From IMG/VR virus record IMGVR_UViG_3300008108_000086: a stretch of DNA of 64,000 nt. The stretch is one strand, 5' to 3'. Shown here piece by piece: positions 60,267 through 64,000 of this stretch. Position 1 is the stretch's first letter; every line of letters starts with the position of its first letter. A model generated the notes under the pieces. That model saw only the letters and a list, made by a program, of their open reading frames with translations. It was not told the origin of the DNA and made no database searches. Source of the stretch: an uncultured virus (IMG/VR IMGVR_UViG_3300008108_000086) (taxonomy: Duplodnaviria; Heunggongvirae; Uroviricota; Caudoviricetes). The translations under genes were made by a program, and so were the position numbers.

Positions 60267-60297
60267 AGTATAAATAGAGTATAAATAGAGCATAAAT
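60253..60297 (+). repeat. 11-bp tandem repeat x4 creating three TATAAATA late-promoter motifs
   Basis: TAGAGTATAAA x3 plus TAGAGCATAAA. Confidence 0.85.
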
Positions 60298-60321
60298 GTT
60301 AAATAAAACAAAGGTATTTTT

Positions 60322-60645
60322 ATGGATTTTATAAAAATTTTTTACAATGGTTTACCTGCAAAAGTTTATAAACTTTTGTCAAGTATTCCTAATAACATTG
60401 AAAGTGATGTAGAAAGATTTAGTTATATACATAACCTTTTATCTGTTGATTTAGGTATTGAATCTAATGTATTGTTTGGATCAATTTCGGATATACAAGG
60501 ACTTTGTTATTTTTATACAGAACAACACAAATTAAATTTGATTTCTAATGAAAATTTTGAATTAGTATTTGACACGGACAGTATGATTGTAAAAGAAACA
60601 TTAACTGAATTTAGTGAAGAAACTCAAGAAACTCAAGGAATATAA
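60322..60645 (+). CDS. hypothetical protein
   Basis: 107-aa ORF, very AT-rich. Confidence 0.6.
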   Translation: MDFIKIFYNGLPAKVYKLLSSIPNNIESDVERFSYIHNLLSVDLGIESNVLFGSISDIQGLCYFYTEQHKLNLISNENFELVFDTDSMIVKETLTEFSEETQETQGI

Positions 60646-60647
60646 TA

Positions 60648-61541
60648 ATGTATGTGAAGTATAGAATCTCATCAAACACCGTTACTGCAAATGTAATATC
60701 GGATATTACAGGTATTATTGGTGGAACAATAACACAAGCGAATCAGCTGAGTGCTGGTGCTTCAGGAAATACTATTTTTTCCGGTAACTATCCTAGTGGT
60801 ACAATATATACAGTTTCTTTTACGGATGATGCCACAGCTTCGGTTATAAGTAAAAAAAATCATGCAAACACGTCATATCAATCATACATTTTATTAAGTG
60901 GTTCAACTGATACAACTTTTGGAGTAGGTATTAATGCAACTGCATGTGGATTAGGTAAAGACTGGAGTTCAGGATCAACAATTACTAATAGCACAACAGG
61001 TTTCTCAGATACAGTTTTACATTTAAAACAATATATTCCAACGGCGGACAAACCAGAAGAACTAATTATTATAGTTACAAATAAATCTCTTATTTTAATA
61101 CAATCCAATCATAATACTTGTATTGGATGGGTAGATATTACAACTAATGGTGTCGTTGAAAAATATACAACAAGCATGAGAACTATTTTATGTAATTTTA
61201 CCACTAGTAATGCTAAAGTTCCATATACATATAAATTATTAGGTGCATTATCCAGTTATGGATTAACAAATTATACTAAAATATTTAATGCTGCGCCTTT
61301 TACATCAACACCAGATGCACCAATAATATCAGCAATATCTTTTTTAGCATTTGATGAAAATCGTACTCCAGTAATTATTGAAAATCCAGCGCTTGTATGT
61401 AATCCTAATGCAGGAAATTATGTAAACTTCTTATATGGTGTGGTATCTATTCCTCCTGGACTTTTAAAAAGTAAATCACTATATAATACAAGTGGTGTAA
61501 ATAGAATTTCTTTTAGTAATTTTGCTTTTGTAACAGAATAG
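60648..61541 (+). CDS. hypothetical structural protein
   Basis: 297-aa Ser/Thr/Asn-rich ORF. Confidence 0.65.
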   Translation: MYVKYRISSNTVTANVISDITGIIGGTITQANQLSAGASGNTIFSGNYPSGTIYTVSFTDDATASVISKKNHANTSYQSYILLSGSTDTTFGVGINATACGLGKDWSSGSTITNSTTGFSDTVLHLKQYIPTADKPEELIIIVTNKSLILIQSNHNTCIGWVDITTNGVVEKYTTSMRTILCNFTTSNAKVPYTYKLLGALSSYGLTNYTKIFNAAPFTSTPDAPIISAISFLAFDENRTPVIIENPALVCNPNAGNYVNFLYGVVSIPPGLLKSKSLYNTSGVNRISFSNFAFVTE

Positions 61542-61551
61542 GAATAAAAAA

Positions 61552-63003
61552 ATGTTGATAAAATTTAGTATGCCTCGGGCTGCCACTATGACAGACTTGT
61601 TATGGAATCTCATGCAAGCAGTTTTTGTAACAGCAACCACGGCCGCAAATACAACTCCTACTATTACTAGAGTTTCCACTAGCAATGTGGCCAATACACA
61701 AGCTTCGCTTCTTGGAGTTGGTCCAGGTTGTTTTATTGAAGAAGTTATTTCTAATACTGAATCTGGTGGATGGACTTTAGGCCCAAATAATAACTTTACT
61801 CAAAGTGTGGTGCCAGCTGCCACTGTGGGTTCATACATACTACATCTTCAGACTTCAAATGGAAAAGCCAATACTAAATATTTTGCCATTGGTTGTGGCG
61901 GGGTCGCTGCTGGCAGCGGTGGCGCCAGCGTTTGGAATTCGGGCGTTCAGACTATTAATGACAACAGTGCTAATTGGCCAAATTGTGGTGTTTATGATGT
62001 TGGTTACGGAAGTTTACAGCGTATCCGGTCGATGGAGGGACTCAATGATGGTAGCTTTTTAGGATCGGACATTACACGAATTAGAAAATTAACCGCTGGG
62101 ACAAACAACACCACATGGGGCAGAAATATTTCTGCGGCGTCACCTTTTTCTCTACAATACTTTGCAAACCGATACAATGAATCAAATTTTGGTACCGCAA
62201 CTCGAACTCCATTTTATGTAGGCGCAACAGAAAATTATATTTTTTTAGTTCATGAAGGTGCAATTTGGTATTTTGGTACAAGAACCTCTCAGCCTTGGGA
62301 AGATGCCTATACTGATAACCCTTATTATGTTTCTTTTGGACATGCAGGTACAGCAGCAAACACAACTCATTCATATCATGAAACTTTTTCTAATCTAAAT
62401 CATGTGTTAGGCTCGCCAGGAGTAGGAGTTATCAATAGGTCGTTTACACAAGCATTTAGTAGAACAATCACCACAGCAAACACAAATTACGCAAGTAGTC
62501 CACCAATGTTATATTATAATACGGTTGCTGGAAACCAGTTAGAAGCAAATAGTTTTTGGACAGTTACGGGTGGTAACCAAAACGCTTACGGTTCAGAAGG
62601 ATTTGATGCAATTTCAATGCAATTCGGCCGAGCCCAATCAACTGCTCTGGTTAACCTAAGGGCGAACTCAAATAATGCATTATCAGGAACACATATGCGT
62701 AATACTTGGGATCATTTCAATGCGCCGTTTGATGGACCAAGCTTTGATACTACTACAGGTCTTATGGTGCCAACAATATATCCAATTAATTTTAGTGTTT
62801 CTGGAAATAGTGTTAATTCAGGTGGAAATTCAGGTGGTAGAGCACTGGGTATATACAAAGGACAACTTGGCATTGCTAACAACAGTCCTTTACTTAATTT
62901 AGCATCTTATATAATTGACGGATCAAATTATATACCAGTATTTGTTGGTAATTCCATGTTTCATTCTGCAAACACAGACTTATATTTTATAAGAGCAGCT
63001 TAA
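61552..63003 (+). CDS. hypothetical structural protein (possible receptor-binding/tail component)
   Basis: 483-aa Gly/Asn/Thr-rich ORF with AGGA RBS. Confidence 0.65.
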   Translation: MLIKFSMPRAATMTDLLWNLMQAVFVTATTAANTTPTITRVSTSNVANTQASLLGVGPGCFIEEVISNTESGGWTLGPNNNFTQSVVPAATVGSYILHLQTSNGKANTKYFAIGCGGVAAGSGGASVWNSGVQTINDNSANWPNCGVYDVGYGSLQRIRSMEGLNDGSFLGSDITRIRKLTAGTNNTTWGRNISAASPFSLQYFANRYNESNFGTATRTPFYVGATENYIFLVHEGAIWYFGTRTSQPWEDAYTDNPYYVSFGHAGTAANTTHSYHETFSNLNHVLGSPGVGVINRSFTQAFSRTITTANTNYASSPPMLYYNTVAGNQLEANSFWTVTGGNQNAYGSEGFDAISMQFGRAQSTALVNLRANSNNALSGTHMRNTWDHFNAPFDGPSFDTTTGLMVPTIYPINFSVSGNSVNSGGNSGGRALGIYKGQLGIANNSPLLNLASYIIDGSNYIPVFVGNSMFHSANTDLYFIRAA

Positions 63004-63037
63004 TCATAAAACAAATTTTTAGTTATATAAAAATAAC

Positions 63038-63454
63038 ATGGCAATTTTATCATCGAATAAAAGGTCAATTGGTTTTAGTACTTCACCAATTAATCAAAGC
63101 AATAATATAGTTCTAGCAGATACTACTAATGTTGCATCAAATGAATTACCTTTAAATCAATTAATAAATTTAACTACTTTTGACAAAATAAAGTCAATTG
63201 GTTTTAGTACTTCACCAATTAATCAAAGCAATAATATAGTTCTAGCAGATACCACTAATGTTGCATCAAATGAATTACCTTTAAATCAATTAATAAATTT
63301 AACTACTTTTAACAAAATAAAGTTTATTAATCTTGAACAACCAATAGCTTTTGGTTCTCACACAGCACAGCAAGCAAATTCATTTATAATTAATGCATCT
63401 AGTACACCAAGCGTTCAAAGTAGTACTAGTAGTACTTTTTGGACAATAGGTTAA
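63038..63454 (+). CDS. hypothetical protein with internal 43-aa duplication
   Basis: SIGFSTSPINQSNNIVLADTTNVASNELPLNQLINLTTF occurs twice. Confidence 0.55.
   Translation: MAILSSNKRSIGFSTSPINQSNNIVLADTTNVASNELPLNQLINLTTFDKIKSIGFSTSPINQSNNIVLADTTNVASNELPLNQLINLTTFNKIKFINLEQPIAFGSHTAQQANSFIINASSTPSVQSSTSSTFWTIG
63064..63323. repeat. 129-bp near-perfect tandem duplication
   Basis: Copies start at 63064 and 63193, two substitutions. Confidence 0.9.
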
Positions 63455-63513
63455 ATGAATTTGATTGCGGATTTTTGCCATAAATATAATTATAAAATAA
63501 AAAAAAATAGAAG

Positions 63514-64000
63514 ATGGCATTATTAAAAATTAAACCGTTTATTATAGATGATACAAAACTCGGCCTCATCTTTTGCTAATGGTGCATTTTTAGTTGCAAA
63601 TTCTGGTGCATCATTTGCCAATTCATCGTTCATAACAGCGAATTCATCATACGCATCACAAAATACTACAGCAACCTTTGCTAATGCGGCCTTTGATGCC
63701 GCTAATGCGGCTTTTAGTCAATCCAATACTAGTGCATCATTTGCCAATGGTGCATTTGATAGAGCTAATGCTGCTTATGCACAGGCTAATAATTCCACAG
63801 ATACATGGGTAAGAACACAGGCTAATACTGCATACGATACGGCAAATTCTGCGGCATCTTTTGCTAATGGTGCTTTTGGCCAAGCAAACTCGGCCGCAAG
63901 TTTTGCTAACGGTGCTTTTATTACCGCAAACACAGCATACAATTGGGGCAATCACGCTTCCGCTGGATATGCAACAACAATTACCTGTAACATTAGATAC
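63514..64000 (+). pseudogene. tail fibre gene with AN heptads, frameshifted near 63556, running off the window
   Basis: ATG 63514 gives MALLKIKPFIIDDT then stops; +1 frame from 63557 reads NSASSFANGAFLVANSGASFANSS... open to 64000. Confidence 0.6.

Noticed and set aside
1..64000. Alternative genetic code or stop-codon readthrough
   Set aside because: Core genes are full length under code 11; the broken genes are frame changes, not in-frame stops

Overview
This 64 kb window is a fragment of a large, AT-rich T4-like myophage genome, probably from an aquatic phage with a Gram-negative host. 1-7.5 kb: small early/middle genes (metallophosphoesterase, GalE-like epimerase, DenV-like protein, PhoH). 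7.6-16.3 kb: an accessory cluster with a radical SAM/SPASM enzyme, an adjacent protein carrying a Cys/Asn-rich (N-C repeat) segment, several 2OG-Fe(II)/Asp-Asn beta-hydroxylase-like oxygenases and a B12-dependent radical SAM enzyme. This looks like a RiPP-style peptide or virion-protein modification system. It is followed by an exonuclease and a circularly permuted (two-piece) tmRNA gene with tag ANDSQFALAA. 16.3-20 kb: outer-membrane beta-barrel, SleB-type hydrolase, gp33, gp59, HAD nucleotidase, gp32. 20-25.8 kb (minus strand): gp4, gp2, gp54, gp26, gp51 (apparently joined to gp26 by a -1 slippery site) and two hub/tape-measure-like genes. 25.8-64 kb: baseplate genes (gp48, gp53, gp27-like, split gp5, gp25, gp6, gp7, gp8), a VrlC-like giant protein and many tail-fibre-like genes with shared Ala-Asn heptad repeats. 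Four genes show apparent deletion or frameshift lesions that could be biological or assembly errors. All family assignments come from motif recognition by eye; no database search was run.
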